From contig CAVQTC010000002.1 of assembly GCA_963716275.1 (NCBI GenBank), forward strand, positions 96,897 to 160,896: DNA of 64,000 nt, in the 5' to 3' direction. The position numbers were made by a program, and so were the translations under genes. Below, one piece after another: positions 28,101-37,822 of this stretch (position 1 is its first letter; the number at the start of each line of letters is the position of its first letter). The notes below the pieces were generated by a model. That model was given only the letters and a program-made list of their open reading frames with translations, made no database searches and was not told the DNA's origin. The DNA is from an uncultured delta proteobacterium (GTDB taxonomy: Bacteria; Myxococcota_A; UBA9160; UBA6930).

Positions 28101-30646
28101 TCACGCTCCAGCTCGCGCACGACGCGCAGCAGGAGATCGATGGTTGGCTCTCGCCGGGCGAGCGCGAGTTCACCCTGGTCGCGCTCGGCACCGGGACGCG
28201 CGGCTTCGGGACGGGGCCCGCGAACCTCTCGGGCGGCGCGAGCGGAGCGCCCGAAGGAAGTGGCTCGGACGGCCGCGCGGCGTTCTTCGCCAAGGGCACG
28301 CTGGGCGATGGCTGGACCCTCACCGGCGCCTACGACACCGACGCCAAGCAGACGCAGCCGGGCGATCGCCTGGGCCGCCACCTGGACCCCGACGAGCACT
28401 ACATGCTCTACGGCGACGGCACCCAGGAGGGCTACGAGGCCCCGACCTCGGACGGCGTCTACCTGAAGGCCGAGCGCGAGCGCTTCTACGCGCTCTACGG
28501 CGACTACGAGACGGGCCTCAGCGAGACCGAGCTCGCGCGCTACAGCCGCGTGCTGACCGGCGTCAAGACCGAGTACTTCGGCGACCGCTTGCGCTGGAAC
28601 GGCTTCGGCACCGACTCCGGCCAGCAGTACGTGCGCGACGAGCTGCGCGGCAACGGCACGAGCGGCCTGTATCGGCTCTCGCGCGTGGGCGCGATCCCGA
28701 ACAGCGTGCGCGTGCGCCTGGAGACCCGCGATCGCTTCCGGCCCGACCGCGTGCTGCGCAGCGAGCCGCTCATGCTCGACATCGACTACGACATCGACTA
28801 CGCCGGCGGGGCGCTCCACTTCCGCAAGCCGATCCCCGGCCGCGACGAGCTGCTGAACCCGATCTTCATCGTGATCGAGTACGAGGTGGACGGCGCGGGC
28901 TCCTACTCGGGCGGTGGCCGCGTGGCGGGCCGGTTCTTCCGGGGCGCGCTCGAGCTCGGCGCGAGCGGCATCCACGAAGGCCGCGGCGACTTCGCGGGCG
29001 ACCTGGTGGGTCTCGACGCGACCTACGACGTCGACGAGGCGACCAGCCTCCATGCCGAGTTCGCCGGCTCGGACAACGACGATTTCGGCGGCAGCGCGCG
29101 CGGCGCAGGCTGGCTGCTCTCGGCCGAGCACCGCACCGAGGCGCTCGAGCTGGCCGCCTACGCCCGCGAGCAGGAGGCCCAGTTCGGCCTGGGCCAGCTC
29201 TCGGCGGTGGATCAGGGCATGCGCCGCTACGGCGTGGACGGGCTCTACCATCTGAACGAGCGCTGGAGCGTGAAGGGCAGCGCGTTCCGCGACGAGCGGC
29301 TCGGCGCCCCCGACGAGCGGACGCTGGCGGAGACGGTGCTCGAGTACGACGAAGCCCAGCGCGGCGCTCATCTGGGCGCGCGCTATGTGCGCGACTCGGC
29401 GCCCCTCGACTCCGCGAACGCCGCGCAGCTTCTGCTGGGCGGCCACTACGCTTTCCTCGACAACCGGCTCACGCTGCGCGCGGCGAGCGAACTGGGCTTC
29501 GGCTCGGAGGGCGCGCACGGCGACTACGCCAACCGCGTCGCCGGCGGCGCCGACTGGCGGCTCACCGATTGGCTCACGCTGTTCGGCGAGCACGAGCTCA
29601 CCTTCGGCGACACGCACGAGGGCCAGGACACGCGCGCCGGCGCAACCGTCACGCCCTGGGAGGGCGGCCAGATCTCCACGACAGTGGGGCAGAACGCGCG
29701 CGAGTACGGCCCGCGCACCTACGCGAACCTGGGCCTCTCGCAGCACTGGAATCTGTTCCAGAGCTGGGGCTTCGACTTCATGGTGGACCGCTCCCAGACG
29801 CTCTCGGGAGGCGGCAGCGAGCCGCTCGATCCGGACCTGGGCTTCGACTCCGGGCCGCCCGCCGACGACTACACGGCGGTGTCGGTCGGCGCGGCGTTCA
29901 CGAAGGACGACACGGCCGTGCAGAGCCGGGCGGAGCTGCGCCTCGGCGACCTCGAGGACCAGTGGAACGTGCTGCTCGGCGTGCTCCGCGAGCACGAGCG
30001 CACCTCCTACGCGGGCCGCCTCGAGCTCTGGAACAAGGACGGCAGCGGCCCGACCTCGAGCCAGGAGGACCTGTACGCGCTGCGCTTCTCGCTCGTGCAC
30101 CGGCCGCTCGACACGCACTGGATCGTGCTCGAGCAGACCGACTTCGAGCTGGGCCGCAACGAGGGCGGCGGCCTCGACAGCCGCGAGCGCAGCTTCGTGA
30201 ACCACTTGAAGGTCAACTACCTCTACACGCAGCAGAGCCAGGTCTCGCTGCAGTACTCGGCGAAATGGGTGGGCGACACGATCGACGGGCGCGACTACCG
30301 CACGCTCGGCCACTTGTTCGGCGTCGAGGCGCGCCACGACCTGACCTCGCGCTGGGACGTCGGCCTGCACGCGCGCTTCCGCCAGCTGACGGGCGGCGAC
30401 GCCGGCGACCAGAACCTCTCGCTCGGCCTCTCGATCGGCCGCGTGCTCTACAAGAACGTGTGGGCGAGCGTCGGGTACAACTTCTCGGGCTTCCAGGACG
30501 ACCAGTTCTCGAAGAGCGACTACACGGCCGAGGGTCCGTTCCTGCGCATGCGCGTGAAGGTCGACCAGGACGCGGTGCGCGACCTGCTCCAGTGGCCGCC
30601 GCGCATGACGCGCCGCAACGACGTCGGCATCGCCCAGCAGCCTTAG
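25162..30646 (+). CDS. giant (about 1830 aa) secreted protein: N-terminal DUF11 plus CnaB/SdrD-B-like domains, C-terminal ~1000 aa predicted outer-membrane beta-barrel; frameshift near 26160
   Basis: Signal LCAWLVAVLAAAASYA. GTVITNTAQAVFTPPGG. IDGASVTLIDSASG...GQYRFPFVAPGSYRLQIVPPPGY. GQFVQYVLELSAPGG...LVLDDRLPRGFRY. VRVFLEDGTYTVTDDQGRFHF. The C-terminus is full of alternating amphipathic strands (LDIDYDIDYAGGALHF, IFIVIEYEVDGAG, LKVNYLYTQQSQVSLQYSAKW, WASVGYNFSGF). Confidence 0.7.
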
Positions 30647-30667
30647 GCGGCGCTCGCTCCTCTGGTC

Positions 30668-30764
30668 CGCGTCAACTTGGGGACGCTGGTTGAATCAGTC
30701 GCCGCCAGAGTCCTACCAGCGTCCGCGAGTTGACTGATTCAACCAGCGTCCCCAAGTTGACGCG
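30668..30764. promoter_or_regulatory. perfect 33-bp inverted repeat (CGCGTCAACTTGGGGACGCTGGTTGAATCAGTC ...31 nt... GACTGATTCAACCAGCGTCCCCAAGTTGACGCG) ending exactly at the ATG of the downstream SDR gene
   Basis: Seen directly: the arms at 30668-30700 and 30732-30764 are exact reverse complements. There is no U-tract, and the repeat covers the entire 5' UTR and RBS region of the gene at 30765. Confidence 0.5.
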
Positions 30765-31514
30765 ATGGACCTCGGGATTCGTGGGAAGCGGGCGGCGGTG
30801 GCGGGGGCGTCGGCGGGGCTCGGGTTTGCGTCGGCGCAGGCCCTCGCCGAGGAGGGCGTGCGCGTCGCGATCTGCGGGCGCGACCGGGCGCGCATCGAGG
30901 CCGCCGCCCAAAGGCTCGGCGCGGACGCCATTCCCTTGGCGATCGACGTCGGGACGCCGGAGGGCGCGGCGCGCTTCGTGCGCGAGGCGAGGAGCGCACT
31001 CGGCGGCCTCGACATCCTCGTGCCGAACGCCGGCGGCCCGCCGCCCGGGAACTTCGCGAGCACGCCGCTCGAGGCCTATCCGGGTGCGCTCTCGCTGAAC
31101 CTGCTCTCGGTGGTGGCGATGTGCAAGGAGGCCGTGCCGGCGATGCAGGCCCAGCGCTGGGGCCGCATCGTCGCGATCACCTCGATCGCCGTCGCCACCC
31201 CGCTGCCCCACCTGATCCTCTCGAACACGGCGCGCGCCGGAGCCACCGGCTTCCTGAAGACGCTCGCGCGCGAGGTGGCGCGCGACGGCGTCACGGTGAA
31301 CTCGGTCCTCCCGGGCGTCCACGACACGGAGCGCGTGCGCTCCTTCTCGCGCGACGCGCGGCTCGAAGATCTCGCGCGCGGCGTGCCCGCGGGACGCATC
31401 GGCACCGCGTCGGAGCTCGGCCACGTCGTGGCCTTCCTGTGCTCGGAGCACGCGGCGTTCATCACGGGCGCTGCGCTGCCGGTCGACGGCGGCTCGGATC
31501 CTCACTTGCTGTGA
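30765..31514 (+). CDS. SDR family oxidoreductase
   Basis: ORF 30765..31514 with AVAGASAGLGFASAQALAEEG and a YxxxK-type SDR fold. Confidence 0.9.
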   Translation: MDLGIRGKRAAVAGASAGLGFASAQALAEEGVRVAICGRDRARIEAAAQRLGADAIPLAIDVGTPEGAARFVREARSALGGLDILVPNAGGPPPGNFASTPLEAYPGALSLNLLSVVAMCKEAVPAMQAQRWGRIVAITSIAVATPLPHLILSNTARAGATGFLKTLAREVARDGVTVNSVLPGVHDTERVRSFSRDARLEDLARGVPAGRIGTASELGHVVAFLCSEHAAFITGAALPVDGGSDPHLL

Positions 31515-31552
31515 GCGCGCCGTGATAGCCTGCCGGTCCCTTGGGAGGCTCC

Positions 31553-32449
31553 ATGGCCATCGCGGTGCTCGGCTTCATCCTGTTCTTCGTCTCCTTCCTG
31601 CTCGCGGCGATCGCGACGCGCGAAGGGGGAGGCTACTCGCGCGGCGCGTGGATCACGCGCGGCCTCGGTGTGCTCCTGATGGTCGGCGGCCTGATCCTCG
31701 CCTCGGCGGTGATCGTGCGCGCGGGCTTCCGCGGCGTGTTGCTCCGCTTCGGCGCCGTGCAGGGCCAGCTCGACGAGGGCTTCCACCTGATCCTGCCGTT
31801 CGTGAACGAGGTCGTGCTGATGGAGGTGCGCACGCAGAAGGAGGAGAGTCAGGCCTCGGCGGCCTCCCGCGACCTCCAGATCGTCACCACCTCGCTCGCG
31901 CTCAACTTCCGGGTCGATCCGAGCCAGGTCGGCGAGCTCTACCGAGACGTCGGCACCGAATACAAGACGCGCGTGATCGATCCCGCCGTCCAGGAGTCGC
32001 TGAAGGTCGTCACCGCCAAGTACACGGCCGAGGAGCTGATCAAGTTCCGCTCTCAGGTGAAGAGCGAGGTCGAGCACGAGATCACGATGCGGCTCAAGGC
32101 CTATCACCTGCTGGTCGAGCCCGCGGGCCTCTCGATCACGAACTTCGCCTTCTCGGACGAGTTCAACCGCGCGATCGAGCAGAAGCAGGTGGCGCAACAG
32201 CAGGCCGAGCAGCAGCGCTACGTGCTCCAGAAGGCCGAGCTCGAGAAGCAGACCGCGGTGATGATCGCGCAGGGCAAGAGCGAGGCGGCCAAGCTCAACG
32301 CCGAGGCGCTCAAGGTGCAGGGTGGGTCGCTCGTGATCTCGCGCGAGTGGATCGAGAAGTGGGACGGGCGGCTGCCGAGCGTCTACGGCGGCGGCCAGGG
32401 CATGATCATCGACCTGGGCTCGCTGATGAAGGACGACGCGGCGCGCTGA
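31553..32449 (+). CDS. SPFH/band-7 (prohibitin/HflC-like) membrane protein
   Basis: GGGAGG RBS, ATG at 31553, an N-terminal TM segment, then SPFH-domain motifs. Confidence 0.85.
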   Translation: MAIAVLGFILFFVSFLLAAIATREGGGYSRGAWITRGLGVLLMVGGLILASAVIVRAGFRGVLLRFGAVQGQLDEGFHLILPFVNEVVLMEVRTQKEESQASAASRDLQIVTTSLALNFRVDPSQVGELYRDVGTEYKTRVIDPAVQESLKVVTAKYTAEELIKFRSQVKSEVEHEITMRLKAYHLLVEPAGLSITNFAFSDEFNRAIEQKQVAQQQAEQQRYVLQKAELEKQTAVMIAQGKSEAAKLNAEALKVQGGSLVISREWIEKWDGRLPSVYGGGQGMIIDLGSLMKDDAAR

Positions 32450-32488
32450 GAATCGAAATCTCGGGGTCAGACCCCGGGATTTCGATTC
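32450..32488. repeat. REP-like palindrome, copy B (GAATCGAAATCTCGGGGTC / GACCCCGGGATTTCGATTC), immediately after the TGA stop
   Basis: Same family as 496-534. It lies between convergent genes (band-7 and SDR). Confidence 0.7.
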
Positions 32489-32498
32489 CTCCCTGGAG

Positions 32499-33243
32499 TC
32501 AGCGCCCGCCCGTTACGTCGAGGATGGCGCCCGTCACGTAGCCGGCCTCGGGGGAGAGCAGGTACAGGATCGCTCGGGCGATCTCGTCCGCGCTGCCGCC
32601 TCGGCCCATCGGGACGCTTGGCGCGAGCCGCGCGAGACGCCCGGGCTCGCCGCTCGCGGCCTGCATGTCCGTGTCGATCAGCCCGGGCCGCACGGCGTTC
32701 ACACGAATGCCTTCGCCCGCGACCTCGCGCGCGAGGCCGACGGTGAAGGTGTCGATCGCGCCTTTCGAGGCCGCGTAGTCGATGAACTCGAACGGGAGAT
32801 CCCAGCCGGGCCGCCGCCGAAGAGAGGTTCACGATCGCTCCGCCTTTGCCCCCGTGGAGCGTCGACATGCGTTTCACGGCCTCCCGGGCGCACAGGAACG
32901 ACCCGATCACGTTCACGCCGAGCACGCGCGCGAGCCGGTGCGCGTCGATGCCCTCGAGCCGGGTCTGCGGCTCGAGCACGCCCGCGTTGTTGACCAGGGC
33001 GTCGAGGCGCCCGAGCTCGCGGTCGAGCCGCGCGAACAGCTCTACGACCTCCTCCTCGCGCGAGACGTCCGCGCGCAGGGCGAGCGCGCGCCCGCCGGCG
33101 CGCTCGATCTCGTCCACCACCCGCGCCGCGGCCTCGCCAGCGCTCCGGTAGCAGAGCGCGACGGCATAGCCGCGCGCGGCCGCCAGCCTCGCGGCGGCGG
33201 CGCCGATCCCGCGGCTCCCTCCAGTCACGAGCGCGATCGGCAC
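32499..33243 (-). CDS. SDR family oxidoreductase, with a frameshift near 32800
   Basis: [30 protein letters not shown]...NNAGV in one frame. C-terminal NAVRPGLIDTDM...ITGAILDVTGGR in ORF 32499..32702. Confidence 0.75.
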
Positions 33244-33253
33244 GGCCGGCCCC

Positions 33254-34333
33254 TCAGCTCGCTCGGCGCGAGGCGAGCAGCTCGGCCAGGCAGGTCGTGG
33301 CCGGATTCTCGAGCCAGATGCGCTGGTCGGCCGGGAGTCGGCCGCGCGCCACCCAGCGGTTCATCACGCGCACCACGATCGCGCAGTAGCGCGCGGCCGC
33401 GAGCACCTCGTGGTAGTACGTGTCGCCGATCGCGACCCCCGCGCAGCGCTCGTAGTGAGCGCGCTGCTCGTCGCGCGTGGGCTCGCCCGGAAGGCGCGCC
33501 ACGCCTGCCGACTCGTGGCTCCAGCGGTCGAACATGAGCCACCAGCCGAGATCGAGGGCGCGCGGGCCGATCGCGACGTTCTCGAAGTCGGTGACGCACA
33601 CGCAGCGAAAGTCGCGCCAGATCATGTTGCCGAGCCGCGCGTCGCCCCAGGAGAGCACGAGCTCGCCGTCCTCGGGGAGGTGGCGGTGGAGCCAGGCGAA
33701 GCCCTCCGCCAGGACGGGGTGGACGCGGCCCGCGAGCTCGCGCTGCGCGAACGCCTCCCAGAGCGCGAGCTGACGCGCGGTGCCGGGCCGCTCGCCCGCA
33801 GGCGTGAGCCAGGCGAAGCCAGCCTTGCGGAAGTCGACCGCGTGCAGCTCGGCGAGCACGCGCAGGCCGTCCTCGACCATGCGCCGGCGCTCGTCGGGCT
33901 GGGCCTCGGCGAAGAAGCCGCCCGCGGCGTAAGAGGGGCTCACGCTCGGCACCAAGCCTTCGACGAACTCCATCACGAAGAACGGCGCGCCGAGCAGCGC
34001 TGGCTCCGCCTCGAAACCGACCAGGCCCGCGAGGGGCACGCGGCCGTGCGCGGCCAGCGCCGCCATGGTGCGGAACTGGATGTCCACCTCCACGTCGAGG
34101 CCGGGCGCTTGTTGGGGATAGACCGAGGGCTCCGCGGTCTCGGCCCGCAGCACGAAGCGCTCGCCGCTCTCTCCCTGCGCGCGCTCGACGCTCGCTTCGA
34201 AGATCCACGTCTCGGCGGAGTAGCCCCCCGAGAGCTGGCGCGGCTCAGACACCGCCGACACCGCGCGCGCATTCGGGAGGCGACGCGCGAGCCACGCCGC
34301 GAGCTCGTCGCGCCCGCGCTCGTCCAGCGGCAC
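33254..34333 (-). CDS. phosphotransferase family protein (APH-like), start uncertain
   Basis: ...FVLRAET...PFFVMEFVEG...LVLSWGDARLGNMIW...CVTDFE. The GTG at 34333 lies 4 nt after the carboxylase stop. Confidence 0.7.
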   Translation of the reverse strand: MPLDERGRDELAAWLARRLPNARAVSAVSEPRQLSGGYSAETWIFEASVERAQGESGERFVLRAETAEPSVYPQQAPGLDVEVDIQFRTMAALAAHGRVPLAGLVGFEAEPALLGAPFFVMEFVEGLVPSVSPSYAAGGFFAEAQPDERRRMVEDGLRVLAELHAVDFRKAGFAWLTPAGERPGTARQLALWEAFAQRELAGRVHPVLAEGFAWLHRHLPEDGELVLSWGDARLGNMIWRDFRCVCVTDFENVAIGPRALDLGWWLMFDRWSHESAGVARLPGEPTRDEQRAHYERCAGVAIGDTYYHEVLAAARYCAIVVRVMNRWVARGRLPADQRIWLENPATTCLAELLASRRAS

Positions 34334-34337
34334 TGCG

Positions 34338-37300
34338 CTACCAGGTGTCGACGCAGGGGCGCTTCTTCCCCGTGCGCGGCGCGGGCGGCGGCGAGGCCAA
34401 GAGCGCGCGCGTGATCCAGCGCCGCGTACTCGGCGGGGTCGATCACGTCGTCGATCTCGAAGTGCGAGGCGGTGCTCACGGCCTTGCCGTGGTCGTACAT
34501 GCGCTTCACCATCTGGTCGAAGAGCGCCTTGCGCTTCTCGGGATCGCTCTCCGCGGCGAGCTCGTTGCGATAGCCGAGCTTGACGGCGCCCTCGAGGCCC
34601 ATGCCGCCGAACTCGCCGGTGGGCCACGCGATGGTGAAGACCGGCGCCTTGAAGCTGCCGCCCGCCATCGCCTGGGCGCCGAGCCCGTAGCCCTTGCGCA
34701 GCACGATCGTCACGAACGGGACGCGTGAGGCTTGCCGCCGATCACGAACAGCCGCGAGGCGTGGCGCACGAGCGCGGTCTTCTCGACCTCGGGGCCGACC
34801 ATGATGCCGGGCGTGTCGCACAGGAACACGACCGGGATGTCGAAGGCGTCGCAGAGCTGCAGGAAGCGCGCGGCCTTGTCGGCGGCCGTCGCTGTCGATC
34901 GCGCCCGCCAGATGCGTCGGGTTGTTGGCGACGATGCCGATCGGTCGGCCCTCGACGCGCGCCAGCGCGGTGATCATGCCGAGCCCGAAGCCGCGCCGGA
35001 GCTCGAGCACGCTCCCGGTGTCGGCGAGCGTCGCGATCACGCTGCGCACGTCGTAGATGCGCAGGCGGTTCTCGGGGATCGCGCGGCGCAGCAGGCGCTG
35101 GTCGGCGCACTGACCAGCTGCGCGAGCGGACCCTGGAAGTAGGCGAGGTACTGCTTCGCGACGGCGACCGCCTCGGCCTCGTCGCGCACCGGCACGTCGA
35201 CCACGCCGTTGCGCACCTGGACGTGCGAGCGGGCCGACCTCCTCCGGGCGGAAGACGCCGAGCCCGCCGCCCTCGATCATCGCGGGCCCGCCCATGCCGA
35301 TGTTCGAGCGCTCGGTGGCGATCACGACGTCGCAGCAGCCGAGAAGCGCGGCGTTGCCCGCGAAGCAGCAGCCGCGACGTGATCGCCGACCAGCGGCACC
35401 AGGCCCGAGAGCTGGCCCCGAAGTACTGGAAGGCGAGGCAGTCGAGGCCGGCGACGCCGACGCCGTCGGTGTCGCCGGGCCGCCCGCCGCCGCCCTCGGT
35501 GAAGAACACCACCGGCAGGCGCCATGCGCTCGGCGAGCTCGAACAGGCGGTCCTTCTTGCGATGGTTCTGCTGGCCCTGGGTGCCGGCGAGCACCGTGTA
35601 GTCGTAGGACATCACGACGCAGCGCGAGCGCTCGGCGGCGAACAGCGCGCCGTTCACGCTGCCGATGCCGGCGATCAGGCCGTCGGCGGGCGTGCGCGCG
35701 ATCAGGTCCTCGAGCGTGCGGCGCCGGCGCTGCGCGGCGATCACGAGCGGCCCGTACTCGACGAAGGTCCCCGGATCGCAGAGGTCGTCGACGTTCTCGC
35801 GCGCGGTGCGCTGGCCGGTCTTGCGCCGCCGCGCCACCGCCTCGGGCCGGCTCGCGTCGAGCGTCGATCGCGTGGCGCTCGAGCGACCTCCGCGAGGTCG
35901 GGGCGGATGCGGGCGAGGTCCGCTCCTCGGCGCGCGCGGCGCCTGCGGCCTCGACCTCGGCCTCCTCGAGGAAGACGAGCGGGTGCCCCTCGAAGACGGT
36001 GTCGCCGCGCGCGACGGCGACGCCCTGCACGATCCCGCTCGCGGCGGCCGCGATCACGTGCTCCATCTTCATCGCCTCCATCACGAGCAGCGGCTGGCCG
36101 GCGGCGACCCGCGTCGCCCGCGCTCACGTCCACCGACACGATCGTGCCCTGCAGCGGCGCGCGCACCGCGAGCGTGCCCTCGGGCACCGCGACGTCGGCG
36201 GACGCCAGGATCGCCATTTCGGCGGGCTCCGCCGCCGCCGACTCGGCGGCGGCCGCGCCCTTCCCGTAGTCGAGCACGGCGAGCGGATCGCTGCTGGCGA
36301 GGCGCGCACCAGCGAGCCGCGGCCTTCGCTCGGCTTCAGCTCGCTCGCGAAGAAGAGCTGCGGATGCTCGCTTGCCGCGAGCAGCTCGGCCGCGTGCTCG
36401 TCGACGAAGCGGGTGTGCACCCGCCCCGCCGCGAAGTCGGGTGGCGCGAGCAGCGCCTGCAGGAAGGGCGCGTTCGTGGCCACGCCCTCGATGCGCAACT
36501 CGCAGAGCGCGCGGTACGCGCGCGCCAGCGCGTCCGCGAAGCGTCGGGCGAGTGCACGATCACCTTCGCGAGCAGCGAGTCGAAGCGCGGATTCGTGGTG
36601 TAGCCCGCGTAGCCGCGCGTGTCGATGCGCACGCCCGGGCCCGAGGGCGGCTCGAAGGCGGTGAGCGTCCCCCCCGTCGGCCGCGCGCTCCCGTCCGCTC
36701 CCATCTTCTCGGTGTTGACGCGCAGCTGGATCGCGAAGCCGCGCGGCGACGGGATCTGCGCCTGCTCGAGGCCGAGCTGCGCCAGGCTCTGCCCTGCGCG
36801 AGCTCGAGCTGCGCCTGCACGAGGTCGAGCCCGGTCACCGCCTCGGTGACGGTGTGCTCGACCTGGAGGCGCGCGTTGGCCTCGATGAAGGCGAAGCGGC
36901 GCCCCTGGTCGGCGTCGACCAGGAACTCGACGGTGCCGAGCCCGCTGTAGGACGCGGCCCGGCCGAGCGCCAGCGCGGCCGCGAGAAGCTCTTCGCGCAC
37001 GCCGGGATCGAGCGCGGGGCTCGGCGCGATCTCGACGATCTTCTGGTTGCGGCGCTGGAGCGTGCACTCGCGCTCGCAGAGGTGGGCGACCTCGCCGGCC
37101 GTCGCCCACGATCTGCACCTCGATGTGGCGCGCGCGCGGCAGGAGCTCCTCGACGTAGACGTCCGCGACGCCGAAGGCCGCCTTCGCCTCGGAGCGGCAG
37201 CGCGCGTAGGCCTCCTCGAGCTCCTCGGCGCGCGCGACGACGCGCATGCCGCGCCCGCCGCCGCCCGCGATCGCCTTGATCATCACGACGGCGCCGGGCG

Positions 37301-37748
37301 CTCGCCAGGAACTGCCGCGCCTCCGCGAGGCTCGTCGGCCCGCTCGTGCCCGCGCAGCACCGGCACGCCGCAGCGCTCGGCGAGCGCGCGGGCGCGACGC
37401 CTTGTCGCCGAAGGGCTCGAGCACCTCGGGGCTCGGGCCGACGAACACGAGCCCGCCTGCGGCGCAGCGCCGCGCGAACGCCGCGTTCTCGGACAGGAAG
37501 CCGTAGCCGGGATGCACCGCGTCGCAGCCGCGTCTCGCGCGCCGCCGCGACCAGCTGCGCGACGTCGAGGTAGGCCGCCGCGCCCACGCCGCGCAGCGGG
37601 CCGCGCGCGTCCGCGCGGCGCACGTGCAGCGGAGCGCGCGTCGTCCTCCGAGTAGACCGCGACGCGTGCGCAGCCCGAGCTCGGCGGCGGCGCGCGCGAC
37701 GCGGATCGCGATCTCGCCGCGGTTCGCGATCAGGACGGACTCGAACAT
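34338..37748 (-). CDS. single-chain multidomain biotin-dependent acyl-CoA carboxylase (BC-BCCP-CT; LCC-like), about 1136 aa, multiply frameshifted
   Basis: Biotin carboxylase MFESVLIANRGEIAIRVARAAAELG... runs from 37748 downward. The biotinyl domain reads EAMKMEHVIAA...GD. The carboxyltransferase reads RRRKTGQRTARENVDDLCDPGTFVEYG...IDDVIDPAE. No stop separates BCCP from CT in any frame. Confidence 0.6.
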
Positions 37749-37822
37749 CGCAAAGCCCTCTCGAATGCCGGAGGAGTGTCCCTTAAGTTCGGATGAAGTA
37801 GGAACGTCCCCGAGGACCGAGG

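Noticed and set aside
30668-30764. The 33-bp inverted repeat as a Rho-independent terminator of the giant OMP gene
   Set aside because: There is no U-tract on either strand, the loop is 31 nt, and the stem is far longer than intrinsic terminators. Its position flush against the next start codon suggests a different role.
34338-37748. Annotating separate accA-like and pccB-like genes
   Set aside because: No stop codon exists between the biotinyl domain and the carboxyltransferase domain in any frame, so a fused single-chain enzyme is the simpler reading, pending polishing.
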